From NCBI GenBank assembly GCA_964549795.1, contig CAZJVZ010000001.1:1-59889 (forward strand): DNA of 59,889 nt, in the 5' to 3' direction. This document shows positions 9,810 through 18,652 of the stretch, in pieces. Positions within the stretch are counted from its first letter, which is position 1. Each line of letters starts with the position of its first letter. A program made the position numbers and the translations under genes. The stretch is from an uncultured Candidatus Bathyarchaeia archaeon. Lineage in GTDB: Archaea; Thermoproteota; Bathyarchaeia; 40CM-2-53-6. Below the pieces are notes generated by a model, which saw only the letters and a list, made by a program, of their open reading frames with translations, did no database searches and was not told the origin of the DNA.

Positions 9810-9903
9810 CTTGAGACCGCACGGCCGGAAGTCCAGCGTGAGCTGATAAACGTATTGCCCGTCAGAACATGAATGTCGCTGCTTTCCGGAAAGGCGTCAA
9901 GAA

Positions 9904-10842
9904 CTAGGTGACACGAAGGCCTTTCGTTTCGAGATAATCACGTACGTCTAGTGCGGCCCGGCATCCATCACCCGCGGCTGTCACAGCCTGCCTGTAGTGG
10001 AAGTCACGTACGTCTCCTGCCGCGAAGACTCCCCCCACGCTAGTTGCAGTCGCATGGCGTGTGATGACATACCCTTTCTCGTCCAGCTCGATTTGGCCCT
10101 GGAAGATGGCGGTGTTGGGTTGGTGGCCAATCGCGACGAACACACCATCGCACTTGATCACTTCCTGTTTCCCGGTCTTCACATTTCTGACACGGACACC
10201 TTCAACCTTCTGTCCGCCAAGAATGTCTTCCACAATAGAATCCCAAACGAACGATATCTTGGGATTCTCGAAGGCACGCTCTTGTAGGATCTCACTAGCG
10301 CGAAGCTTGTCACGCCGGTGAACTATAGTCGCATGGTTCACGAAGCTCGTGAGGAAGATGGTATCCTCGAGTGCCACGTCGCCGCCTCCGACAGTGACCG
10401 TGTCCTTTCCGCGGAAGAAGAATCCATCACATGTTGCGCAACTTGAGACTCCTCGTCCTCGAAGGCGCGTTTCAGACTGAAGCCCAATCCATTTCGCAGA
10501 GGCGCCAGTTGCGATGATCACGGCATTCGCTTCGTATGCCTCGCTACTGGTCTTGACTTTGAAGGGGGGGCTCTTGAAGTCAACTTCTCTCGCGTCGTCT
10601 TGAATGAACTCTGCGCCGAATCGTTCTGCTTGTTTTCTCATTCGTTCGATTAGTTGGGGACCGAGTATTGGCTGCTCGAAGCCTGGGAAGTTTTCAACTT
10701 CTGTAGTCAGCATCAGTTGGCCGCCTGGTACTGCGCCTGCGACTACCAGTGTCTTGAGCAACGCACGGCCAGAGTAGACTGCAGCAGTGAGCCCTGCTGG
10801 GCCAGAACCGATCACAATCACGCCGTATACCAATGGATCCAT
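9904..10842 (-). CDS. trxB: Thioredoxin-disulfide reductase
   Basis: 312 aa. FAD motif GSGPAGLTAAVY, redox-active CATCDG, C-terminal GVFAAGDV. Confidence 0.9.
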   Translation of the reverse strand: MDPLVYGVIVIGSGPAGLTAAVYSGRALLKTLVVAGAVPGGQLMLTTEVENFPGFEQPILGPQLIERMRKQAERFGAEFIQDDAREVDFKSPPFKVKTSSEAYEANAVIIATGASAKWIGLQSETRLRGRGVSSCATCDGFFFRGKDTVTVGGGDVALEDTIFLTSFVNHATIVHRRDKLRASEILQERAFENPKISFVWDSIVEDILGGQKVEGVRVRNVKTGKQEVIKCDGVFVAIGHQPNTAIFQGQIELDEKGYVITRHATATSVGGVFAAGDVRDFHYRQAVTAAGDGCRAALDVRDYLETKGLRVT

Positions 10843-10864
10843 CCCGGTCGAGGCGTAAGTGAAT

Positions 10865-12235
10865 TCATGAAGTAACGAGGTCTACTTGAGGTTTCACTGC
10901 TCTTAGGCGTTCCCATAGCTCGGCCGCGGCGGTTTGGGCTCTACCTTCAATCTCCACCTGATCCACGGTCGTGACGGCGCGATCTCTTACTAGGATCTCC
11001 CCGTCGACAATGACTGTCCTGACATCGCGCCCCTCTGTCCCATTGATTAGATGTCCAACAACGCTGTCTGAGTCGAGCGGAGTCGGAAGAACATCCGGTT
11101 TGACCAGAATCAGGTCTGCTTTCTTTCCTACTTCGATTGAGCCAAGCTGATCGGCCAGCCCATAGAGTTCGGCGCCTCTGATGGTGGCCATCTCGAGGAC
11201 TGTGTAGGCGTCGATTGCGTTGGGATCTCTGGAGACAGCTCGGTGGATCAGGTATGCCGTTCGCATGTTCTCGAATCCGTCAAAGATGTAGCCATCGTTG
11301 CCTAATCCAACAGGGATTCCCTTTCTGAGCATGCTCAGAATCGGAGCCGTTCCCACGGCGTTGAGCATGTTACTCATGGGATTATGGGCAACCTTCGTTC
11401 CCGAATTCGCAATTATGTCTATGTCGTTGTCGTTCACGTGAACGCAATGAGCAAGGACAACGTCAGGACCTAGAAAGCCAACATCTCTGAGTCGCTCAAG
11501 CGTGCGTTTCCCATAGCGCTCGATATTGTGCTGAAGATCGCCGAGACCCTCACATGTGTGAATCGTGACGGGGACGCCGTACTTGCTCGCAAGCCTCCGG
11601 GTTGACTGAATCAGCTCGTCCGTGACTGTGAAAGATGCGTGTAGACTGAAGAGCGGCATCGCCTTCGATCGCCCATTCTTCTTCACTCCGGCAGCAAAGC
11701 GGGCATTCTCGCGGACGCCTCGCTCCCCTTCTTCCCTCGAATGCCTCTCGGTCGCTTCAAACGCGACGAGGCCTCGTATTCCCACCTCATCCACAGCCTT
11801 GGAGATCTTGTCGAGAACGCCATCGATTGAATTCGGCCCGGAGTAGGTGTCTGCGAAGGTTGTCGTGCCCGTCTTCAGAAACTCCAAACATCCGACTTTG
11901 GCACTCGCGTACGCGTCCTCAAGAGTGAGGTTCTCATCGACCGGCCACCAAACACGCTGGAGGATCTGCGTGAAATCAGATGGCGGATGAATCTCAAGCT
12001 TCGCTCCCTGTAAGAGTATTCCATAGAGGTGAGTGTGGCTGCATATGAGGCCAGGCATCACAACGCCACCTGATGCGTCGACGACCTCGTCAGCCTTCCA
12101 GTCTCTCATGATGTCACTGGTCCTTCCGATAGCTCTGAACTTGCCGTTCTCTATGATTGTTGAGTGATCGTCGAGTATCCGACGATTGGGATCCATCGTG
12201 ACGATAGTGCCCCCCTTCACCAGAATCGATGTCAT
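10865..12235 (-). CDS. ssnA: SsnA-like aminohydrolase (amidohydrolase superfamily)
   Basis: The ORF extends to 12265, but ATG 12235 (MTSILVKGG) with AGGAAG upstream is the likely start. Long colinear similarity to E. coli SsnA as I recall it (MPGLICSHTHLY..., DF..L...WW..D..L, FE.T.R, ENARFA, HASFTV). Confidence 0.75.
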   Translation of the reverse strand: MTSILVKGGTIVTMDPNRRILDDHSTIIENGKFRAIGRTSDIMRDWKADEVVDASGGVVMPGLICSHTHLYGILLQGAKLEIHPPSDFTQILQRVWWPVDENLTLEDAYASAKVGCLEFLKTGTTTFADTYSGPNSIDGVLDKISKAVDEVGIRGLVAFEATERHSREEGERGVRENARFAAGVKKNGRSKAMPLFSLHASFTVTDELIQSTRRLASKYGVPVTIHTCEGLGDLQHNIERYGKRTLERLRDVGFLGPDVVLAHCVHVNDNDIDIIANSGTKVAHNPMSNMLNAVGTAPILSMLRKGIPVGLGNDGYIFDGFENMRTAYLIHRAVSRDPNAIDAYTVLEMATIRGAELYGLADQLGSIEVGKKADLILVKPDVLPTPLDSDSVVGHLINGTEGRDVRTVIVDGEILVRDRAVTTVDQVEIEGRAQTAAAELWERLRAVKPQVDLVTS

Positions 12236-12358
12236 ATCGGGCTTCCTACCAGCTCCTTCGAGCACTCAAGCTAATGATCTTAACCTTAACAAGCGTAGAC
12301 GCACATCTCTAACAGTCAGAGTGCCCATCTGATCCTCGTCGGTCAGGTCGGATCCCAA

Positions 12359-13729
12359 TTGGAAGGTAAGCAAGACACGTCGTCTCTTCTCATCAAGAAT
12401 GGCACCCTCGTCCTTGAAGACAAGACCGCACACGCAGACGTGCTGACCCAAGACGGCAAGATCACGAAGATCGCCAAGAAGATCGCTGCAACGGCGGACC
12501 AAGTCGTGGATGCCGAAGGCAAGTTCGTCCTCCCAGGCATCATAGACGTACACGCCCACGTAGGCGATCCCGAATTCGCTCAACGAGAGGATTTCACCAC
12601 AGGAACACAGGCCGCGGCGGCCGGCGGGGTCACCACCCTCATCGACATGGTACTGAGAACCCCAGTGGATACGCCTGAAGCGGTCAAGGAGAAGATCGAC
12701 AGAGGGACTCGACAAGGAATCGTGGATTTCTCTCTTCACGGAGGAATGATGAGTTCAACAAACATTGGAAACATCGAGGCCCTGACCCAGATTGGAGTCT
12801 TCTCCTTCAAGGCTTTCATGTGCGCTCCTTACTACATCGACAGAGCAACTCTGCTCGCGCTGATGAAGGCCACTGCGAGATTCCACGCGATCACTAACGT
12901 TCACGCAGAGGATGAGCAGTTGAGCCAGCAGCTCATGGTCGAGCTGAAGAGAGCACGGCGTGTCGACCCAATCGCGCACAACGAATCAAAGCCCAATGCC
13001 GTCGAAGAGAAAGCCGTCAGAGAAGCAATCGAACAAGTGGACGCCGCAAGAGGCAAGCTGCACATTTCACATATGTCCACGAGCGAAGGCGTCGGCCTGA
13101 TCTCAACAGCCAAACGAAGGAAATCGAACGTCACAGCTGAGACGTGTCCACACTACTTGACGCTCACAAGAGCCGACGTGTTGAAACTCGGACCATACCT
13201 GAAGATGAGCCCTCCGCTGAAGACCGAGGCCGACGTGCTCGCCTTGTGGCATGGACTGGCCAATAGAACAATCGACATGATCTCGTCTGAACATGCGCCT
13301 GGAGAAGCTGACGAGAAAGAGATTGGATGGGAGAACATCTGGGACGCTTGGGGCGGAATACCCAGCATAGAAACGATGCTCCCCATCGTCCTCAGTGAGG
13401 GGGTCAACAAGAATCGCATCACGATACGGCGAGCAGCTCAAGTTCTATCTGAGAATCCTGCTAGGAGATTCGGACTCTATCCTCGAAAGGGTCACATTGC
13501 AGTCGGTGCTGACGGTGACTTCACTATCGTTGATCTGTCGGCTGAGAGGAAAGTGAAAGCGAGCGAATTGCACTACAAGGTCGGCTGGACCCCTTATGAG
13601 GGATGGGTCTTCAAAGGCTGGCCGACAACAACGATAGTCCGAGGCCAAGTTGTGGCCAAAGACGGCCAGATCTTGGCGAAAGGAGGGTTAGCGCAATTCG
13701 TTCCGATGAAGATGCGGGAAGCACGGTAA
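12359..13729 (+). CDS. Cyclic amidohydrolase (hydantoinase/dihydropyrimidinase/allantoinase family)
   Basis: 456 aa, TTG start. Metal motifs PGIIDVHAHV, carbamylated-Lys context SFKAFM, VHAED, HISHMS, ETCPHYL, SSEHAP. Subfamily not resolvable by eye. Confidence 0.85.
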   Translation: MEGKQDTSSLLIKNGTLVLEDKTAHADVLTQDGKITKIAKKIAATADQVVDAEGKFVLPGIIDVHAHVGDPEFAQREDFTTGTQAAAAGGVTTLIDMVLRTPVDTPEAVKEKIDRGTRQGIVDFSLHGGMMSSTNIGNIEALTQIGVFSFKAFMCAPYYIDRATLLALMKATARFHAITNVHAEDEQLSQQLMVELKRARRVDPIAHNESKPNAVEEKAVREAIEQVDAARGKLHISHMSTSEGVGLISTAKRRKSNVTAETCPHYLTLTRADVLKLGPYLKMSPPLKTEADVLALWHGLANRTIDMISSEHAPGEADEKEIGWENIWDAWGGIPSIETMLPIVLSEGVNKNRITIRRAAQVLSENPARRFGLYPRKGHIAVGADGDFTIVDLSAERKVKASELHYKVGWTPYEGWVFKGWPTTTIVRGQVVAKDGQILAKGGLAQFVPMKMREAR

Positions 13730-13730
13730 C

Positions 13731-14321
13731 ATGATATCGTTAGTCATCCTAGCAGCGGGCAAATCAACAAGAATGAGAGAGAACAAGCTGCTTCTGAAGC
13801 TCGATGGCGAGACCCTGATCCAGCACGTCGTAAAGACCGCAAAGAAGTCCAACGCCGACGAGGTCATCGTCGTGCTCGGACACGAAACTGAGAAGGTCAG
13901 GGAGCAACTCGTGAGGCTCGACTGCAGGCTAGTTGTCAATGAGAGTTACGTGAAAGGCCAGAGTGAAAGCGTCAAAGTGGGGTTGACTGTTGTCGCGAGC
14001 AACGCAGAAGCCGTGATGATTCTTCCTGCCGACGTTGCACTTGTGGACGAACAATCCATCAACAGCGTCATAGACGAGTACAGGAAGTCCCACAGCCCCA
14101 TCGTGATAGCTTCGCACAAACATCAGAGTGGGCACCCAATTCTCTTGGACAGAGCGCTCTTCCAAGAAACCTCCCGAATTGATGAGAATACGTTCGGGCT
14201 GAAAGCAGTAATCAATCATCATCGGTCGGAAGTCAAGTATGTCGAAGTTGGCACTGAGAACGTTCTAATCGACATCGACACTCGGGAAGAATTCGACAGA
14301 TACTTCCGCGCGCTAACTTAA
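13731..14321 (+). CDS. mocA: MobA/MocA-like nucleotidyltransferase (molybdenum cofactor cytidylyltransferase-like)
   Basis: 196 aa. N-terminal LAAGKSTRM...NKLLL signature. The ATG sits 1 nt after the upstream TAA. Lies next to xdhC. Confidence 0.75.
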   Translation: MISLVILAAGKSTRMRENKLLLKLDGETLIQHVVKTAKKSNADEVIVVLGHETEKVREQLVRLDCRLVVNESYVKGQSESVKVGLTVVASNAEAVMILPADVALVDEQSINSVIDEYRKSHSPIVIASHKHQSGHPILLDRALFQETSRIDENTFGLKAVINHHRSEVKYVEVGTENVLIDIDTREEFDRYFRALT

Positions 14322-14331
14322 TCTCATCGCA

Positions 14332-15213
14332 ATGACTAGCGATCCATGCGCACTGCGTGAACCAATCGATTGGCAGGAAGGGCTCGGGATGCGTGACGTC
14401 CTAGAAAGAATCAACAAACTGGCGAACGAGGGAAAGACTTTCGCTGTCGCTACAATTGTGAGCCATACCGGTTCGGTGCCGAGGCGCGTCGCAAAGATGG
14501 TCATCGAGTCTGACGGAGCCACCGTCGGCACGATTGGCGGCGGATGTGTCGAGAACGAGGTCGCTGCCCAAGCGCTCAAACTTCTCAAGAATGGGGAGAA
14601 AGGTGTTCACGTGAGTAGCTACAACCTCGTCGAGGAAGAGTTCGATGGTGTAGGAATGAACTGCGGCGGGAAGATTGACGTAGCAATAGAGATCATGGAA
14701 CAAACAGTGAAGCTCGTGATAATCGGAAGCGGGCATCTGGCACAAGCGCTGAGTACAATGGCAAAGATGCTCGACTTCGAGATCGCTGTCGTGGATCCGA
14801 TGGCCAAGAAGGAGAGCTTCCCCGAAGCCGCGCAGGTCGTGAGCGAGTTTGTTGAAAAGGGACTTCCGAAGATCAATGTCGATCAATCAAGCTACGTCGT
14901 GATACTTACTAGGCACAAGGATGACATCCCTGCACTCAAGAGTTCACTCAAGACAAATGCGGCATACATTGGAATGATAGCGAGCCGAAGACGCGCCGCG
15001 CTTGTCTTCGACCAACTGTTGAAAGAGGGTTTCAACAAGGACCAGCTTCGACGAGTTTACTCTCCCGTTGGTCTTGACATAGGCGCCGAGACACCTGAAG
15101 AAATCGCAATGAGCATCCTTGGTGAGATAGTCAAGCTCAGAAGACTCGGGCAGGAGCACGAAGCGGCCTCCAAGAAGCTCCAGTTCCGAGGAGCCAAGAC
15201 GGCCGAGGAATAA
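14332..15213 (+). CDS. xdhC: XdhC/CoxI-family molybdenum hydroxylase maturation factor
   Basis: 293 aa. N-terminal XdhC_CoxI block (FAVATIVSHTGSVPRRVAKMVI...GTIGGGCVE) and C-terminal Rossmann block (KLVIIGSGHLAQAL...VVDP). Confidence 0.85.
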   Translation: MTSDPCALREPIDWQEGLGMRDVLERINKLANEGKTFAVATIVSHTGSVPRRVAKMVIESDGATVGTIGGGCVENEVAAQALKLLKNGEKGVHVSSYNLVEEEFDGVGMNCGGKIDVAIEIMEQTVKLVIIGSGHLAQALSTMAKMLDFEIAVVDPMAKKESFPEAAQVVSEFVEKGLPKINVDQSSYVVILTRHKDDIPALKSSLKTNAAYIGMIASRRRAALVFDQLLKEGFNKDQLRRVYSPVGLDIGAETPEEIAMSILGEIVKLRRLGQEHEAASKKLQFRGAKTAEE

Positions 15214-15278
15214 TCGCTTCACCAAACCCCCCAACTGGACGACACTCTTAACAATTCGCGGATCCGTCAGAGACGGAT

Positions 15279-15731
15279 TTGAATAGGACAGATGGCGTGA
15301 CAATGGCGGTCGGCGGATTCGTTGACAAGAATCACAAGCCGACGATGAGGGAAATGTGGGACTCTCTCGGCTCAAAGAGGGAACTGTGGGATGGACTGAT
15401 CCGATTCGTCGAAGAGGACTGTCGAGCCAAGAGCGACTTCGCATTCTATGGGGTGAATTACGGGTGGGCAATGCGCTTCCGGAAGGGAGGAAAAGCTCTC
15501 CTATCATTGTACCCCGGGAAAGACACCTTCGTGGCGCAAATCGTTCTCGGTGAAGCTCCGGGAAGGAAAGCGTCGCATCTGGCGCTTGGTAGCAACGTCC
15601 GGAGAGTTTTTGAGAATACGCGACCACTTGCTGACGGCCGCTGGCTCTTCATAAGAGTCAATTCCAAGAAGGACGTGAGGGACTGCAGAAACCTGCTGGC
15701 GCTCAAGTCAGAATCGGCCAAGAACAAGTGA
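15279..15731 (+). CDS. DUF3788-like protein
   Basis: 150 aa (ATG at 15301 is the more likely start). FYGVNYGWAMRFRKGGKALLSLYP block as I remember for DUF3788. Function unknown. Confidence 0.5.
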   Translation: MNRTDGVTMAVGGFVDKNHKPTMREMWDSLGSKRELWDGLIRFVEEDCRAKSDFAFYGVNYGWAMRFRKGGKALLSLYPGKDTFVAQIVLGEAPGRKASHLALGSNVRRVFENTRPLADGRWLFIRVNSKKDVRDCRNLLALKSESAKNK

Positions 15732-15770
15732 GAATCAAGAACTGACGTTGGAGCAGGATCGCTGTCATGA

Positions 15771-17063
15771 TTACGGCGCAGTCTGCGGCCATCTTCGCCG
15801 TCGAGGCAGCAACACGACCAATGACGTCGAGAGTCCGGATACTATGGCAAGCGTTAGGAAGATCGTGGGCAAGAGCGAGAGATTGTTTCCAACCATCAAC
15901 CCGACCACGACAGGTCCAATGGAATTGCCGCCTAGTACTCCGATGCCCCACACGATCGAGTTCGACAACGACAGGAAATCCGTTGGCACCGAGTCAGCCA
16001 CAGCCGAGAGGAACACAGGGTAGCTACTGTAAGTGAAGAAACCGAAGAATGCGAGACAGGTCACAGACACAACCGGGTTCGAGAGCGTCATCAGATAGAG
16101 AATTATCGTCAGGCTCTGTCCGAGCGTATTGACTGCAACGGACCCTACTCTGTGGAGATCTGAGAGTCGACCGAAGATGATTTGTCCGGGCACACCTAGC
16201 ACGATCGCAATCATCATGATCACGCCGACGCCGAAATCGAACGAGTACTGTTGGACTTGCACGATGAATACTGATAGGAAGCTCACGACGCCCTGGCCGA
16301 ACGTGCCTCTGATAATTGCGATTGTCGTGAGTACAAGAATGTTGATTCTGGCCGACCGACCCATTGAAGTTTTCTTCGCCGGGCCACCGAGTCCTTCCGC
16401 TTTCTTATCTTCAAATGCTGTAGAATGATTCTTTGCCGAGTTCTCGCGGCGGTTTCGGTTGTTTCCAATTGGGAAGAGCCCTATCAAAGCTACAGGGATC
16501 AGCCCCAACAATCCAAGGACGATGACTCCATATGGCAAGTTGAGGGCAGCGATCAGAACCACAACGAGGGTCGGGTAGAGTGCTCGTCCTAGGCTTCCCA
16601 TTGCACCATTGAGTCCCAGTGCAATGCCCGTTCTAGAGGATGGGTAGGTTTGACTGAGGATCGTTCCGCCTATTGGATGGCACACACTGGAACCCAAGCC
16701 CCCAATGGCCGCGGACAGTACCAGCGCAGGGTACAGATCCAAAGGCAGCCAGGCGCGCACGTTGCCTGTGGTGACTGCCCAACCCGTTCCCATAACACCG
16801 GCGGCCATCAAGACAAGCCCGATCACTATGAGAGCGCTGTTACGCTTGAGCCGGTCCGACAGATGACCCACAACAGGGCTTCCCATGACTGACGTGATGT
16901 TCCACATGGCAGCAACGACGCCAAGTTCGGGCGGGGCTAGCCCGAATAGCGAGAGCAACAAGGGAAAGATGGACAGTGGCACCATCGAGACACCGTCGTT
17001 GACGAAGTGGGTTAGCGAAGTGAGAATCAGCGCTCGCTTCTGAGCAGGTGTATCATAGAGCAT
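15771..17063 (-). CDS. MFS transporter
   Basis: 430 aa, about 12 hydrophobic segments, central basic loop. Starts 12 nt after the upstream orphan ORF. Confidence 0.8.
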   Translation of the reverse strand: MLYDTPAQKRALILTSLTHFVNDGVSMVPLSIFPLLLSLFGLAPPELGVVAAMWNITSVMGSPVVGHLSDRLKRNSALIVIGLVLMAAGVMGTGWAVTTGNVRAWLPLDLYPALVLSAAIGGLGSSVCHPIGGTILSQTYPSSRTGIALGLNGAMGSLGRALYPTLVVVLIAALNLPYGVIVLGLLGLIPVALIGLFPIGNNRNRRENSAKNHSTAFEDKKAEGLGGPAKKTSMGRSARINILVLTTIAIIRGTFGQGVVSFLSVFIVQVQQYSFDFGVGVIMMIAIVLGVPGQIIFGRLSDLHRVGSVAVNTLGQSLTIILYLMTLSNPVVSVTCLAFFGFFTYSSYPVFLSAVADSVPTDFLSLSNSIVWGIGVLGGNSIGPVVVGLMVGNNLSLLPTIFLTLAIVSGLSTSLVVLLPRRRRWPQTAP

Positions 17064-17075
17064 GCTATGTTCACC

Positions 17076-17642
17076 CTACTTAGATTCGTTGAAGCCGATT
17101 AGGACCGTGCCCAAGTCGGGATTGTCAGGATCCCATCCTGCCTTCCTCGAGAACTCAGAATGCACCGGAATCGTGATCGTGACAGAGACAACATCCCTCA
17201 CGCCTGGAACCTCCTCAAGCTCAGGAAATGGCAACGCCTTGTAGGTGAGTCTGAGTGGCTTTCCCTTTGCCTCAACCAGTTTGTCGCGATACAGAACCAG
17301 ACTCTTCCCAAGAAAGAGCGCTCTGGAGTCATTCGACAGTTCTTCAAGCTGGCAAGCTTGCCAGATCTCCTCGCCCACGACGCGATCGCCGTCGCAGATG
17401 ACTATGATTGGCCCTGGGGGATGACGGAGCTGCGAGGAGTGGGAGATGATCACGACGCGCTGGCGACCAAGAATGTCCTCTATTCCGGCGTTGATTAGCT
17501 CCAATCCTGGTAGCCCGAGGCGACGATTCGCATCTGTCTCAATCTGTCTTATGGACTCGCGGTCCTCGTCAGGCAGGACCCAGCAACCCACCACTCCAGG
17601 AGTGCTGACTAGCCTCTTGACCGCGGACTCTACGATGTCCAT
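17076..17642 (-). CDS. Hypothetical protein (orphan, 188 aa)
   Basis: Protein-like composition. Tightly packed between the MtrH-like gene (22-nt gap) and the MFS gene (12-nt gap). No motif I recognise. Confidence 0.5.
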   Translation of the reverse strand: MDIVESAVKRLVSTPGVVGCWVLPDEDRESIRQIETDANRRLGLPGLELINAGIEDILGRQRVVIISHSSQLRHPPGPIIVICDGDRVVGEEIWQACQLEELSNDSRALFLGKSLVLYRDKLVEAKGKPLRLTYKALPFPELEEVPGVRDVVSVTITIPVHSEFSRKAGWDPDNPDLGTVLIGFNESK

Positions 17643-17664
17643 GGAATCGTCTTCTCGGTCTGCG

Positions 17665-18570
17665 TTAGCCTATCCTGTAACGTGGATGCGTCTTCGGAAC
17701 TTGGATCTTCTTCTCAATCGGGATCTGACTGTATGCGGTGTCAACCATTACCACTGCAGGGAAGACCACGTTCGCATCGTTGATTGGACCATATAGTACA
17801 AAATCGGCACAGACTGCCGCGCTTACAGCACTCACGGAGGCAAGGCATGGTTTGACGGCTTGTTCTCCCATCTTCGTCTTCAATCCCCTCCAGAGGGCAA
17901 CCGCATTATGCGCACCGCAGCCCACCGGGAAACCAGTCTCGTTCTTGAGCTCGAACATGGCTCGAAGAGCTGAACCAAGCGTCGGGAGGTCAAGGACGCA
18001 TGTGTCAATGAGTACCTTTTCGATTCCACACTCTTGTCTCCTATCCAACAGTTCTTTGATGCAGCTGATTCGGCCTGCGCTGCTGAAATCCTTCATGTTG
18101 TAGGCGAGGAAGACGGCGCTCTTGACGCCGGAGGCTTTGACTGCATTCAGTTCGTCTGGTTTGGTGCTTGGGTTGATCGAGTTGTAGACGACGCGATCGA
18201 GGAATCCATGCTCTTTCGCGTATGCGAGGCCAGCTATTCTCATCTCCGCTGAGGGGCTGTCGATCATGATGGGTGCCTTCGTGTGATCTGCTACAAACTC
18301 GAGATGTCTTTGCATCGCAGGAAGGCTTGCCCCTACGACATCGATCATTGCAGGGTTGCCGGTTCGGTCGGACATCTCGTCCTGGGTCTTGATGAGCTGC
18401 TCAGCAGCGTCCTCATCAAAGGTGCCCACATTCTCATCTTTGACTATTCTGTGACCATGATAGAAGAGTGTTCCAACCAATACGACGGGGCGTTCTCCTG
18501 GAGCGCCTCCTATGCTGACGCCTCCGATCTGGAAGATCTTCTGTTCAGCCTTGAGATTCCACAATCCCAT
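17665..18570 (-). CDS. MtrH-family (tetrahydromethanopterin S-methyltransferase subunit H-like) methyltransferase
   Basis: 301 aa. N-terminus QKIFQIGGVSIGGAPGERPVVLVGTLFY and PIMIDSPS, VVYNSIN blocks typical of MtrH/pterin-binding methyltransferases. Confidence 0.8.
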   Translation of the reverse strand: MGLWNLKAEQKIFQIGGVSIGGAPGERPVVLVGTLFYHGHRIVKDENVGTFDEDAAEQLIKTQDEMSDRTGNPAMIDVVGASLPAMQRHLEFVADHTKAPIMIDSPSAEMRIAGLAYAKEHGFLDRVVYNSINPSTKPDELNAVKASGVKSAVFLAYNMKDFSSAGRISCIKELLDRRQECGIEKVLIDTCVLDLPTLGSALRAMFELKNETGFPVGCGAHNAVALWRGLKTKMGEQAVKPCLASVSAVSAAVCADFVLYGPINDANVVFPAVVMVDTAYSQIPIEKKIQVPKTHPRYRIG

Positions 18571-18652
18571 TACCTCTCTGATCCTAATTGTGTGCCTCCT
18601 ACGGACGAGAACGCCTCAATAAAAGCAGTTCCTGAAAACGGATTCAGAGAAT

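Noticed and set aside
12266-12739. 157-aa minus-strand ORF overlapping the 5' part of the cyclic amidohydrolase gene
   Set aside because: The + strand frame has the DVHAH metal motif. The minus frame has no recognisable features.
14944-15627. 227-aa minus-strand ORF across the xdhC 3' end and the DUF3788-like gene
   Set aside because: It overlaps two better-supported + strand genes. Its composition is S/R/P-rich.
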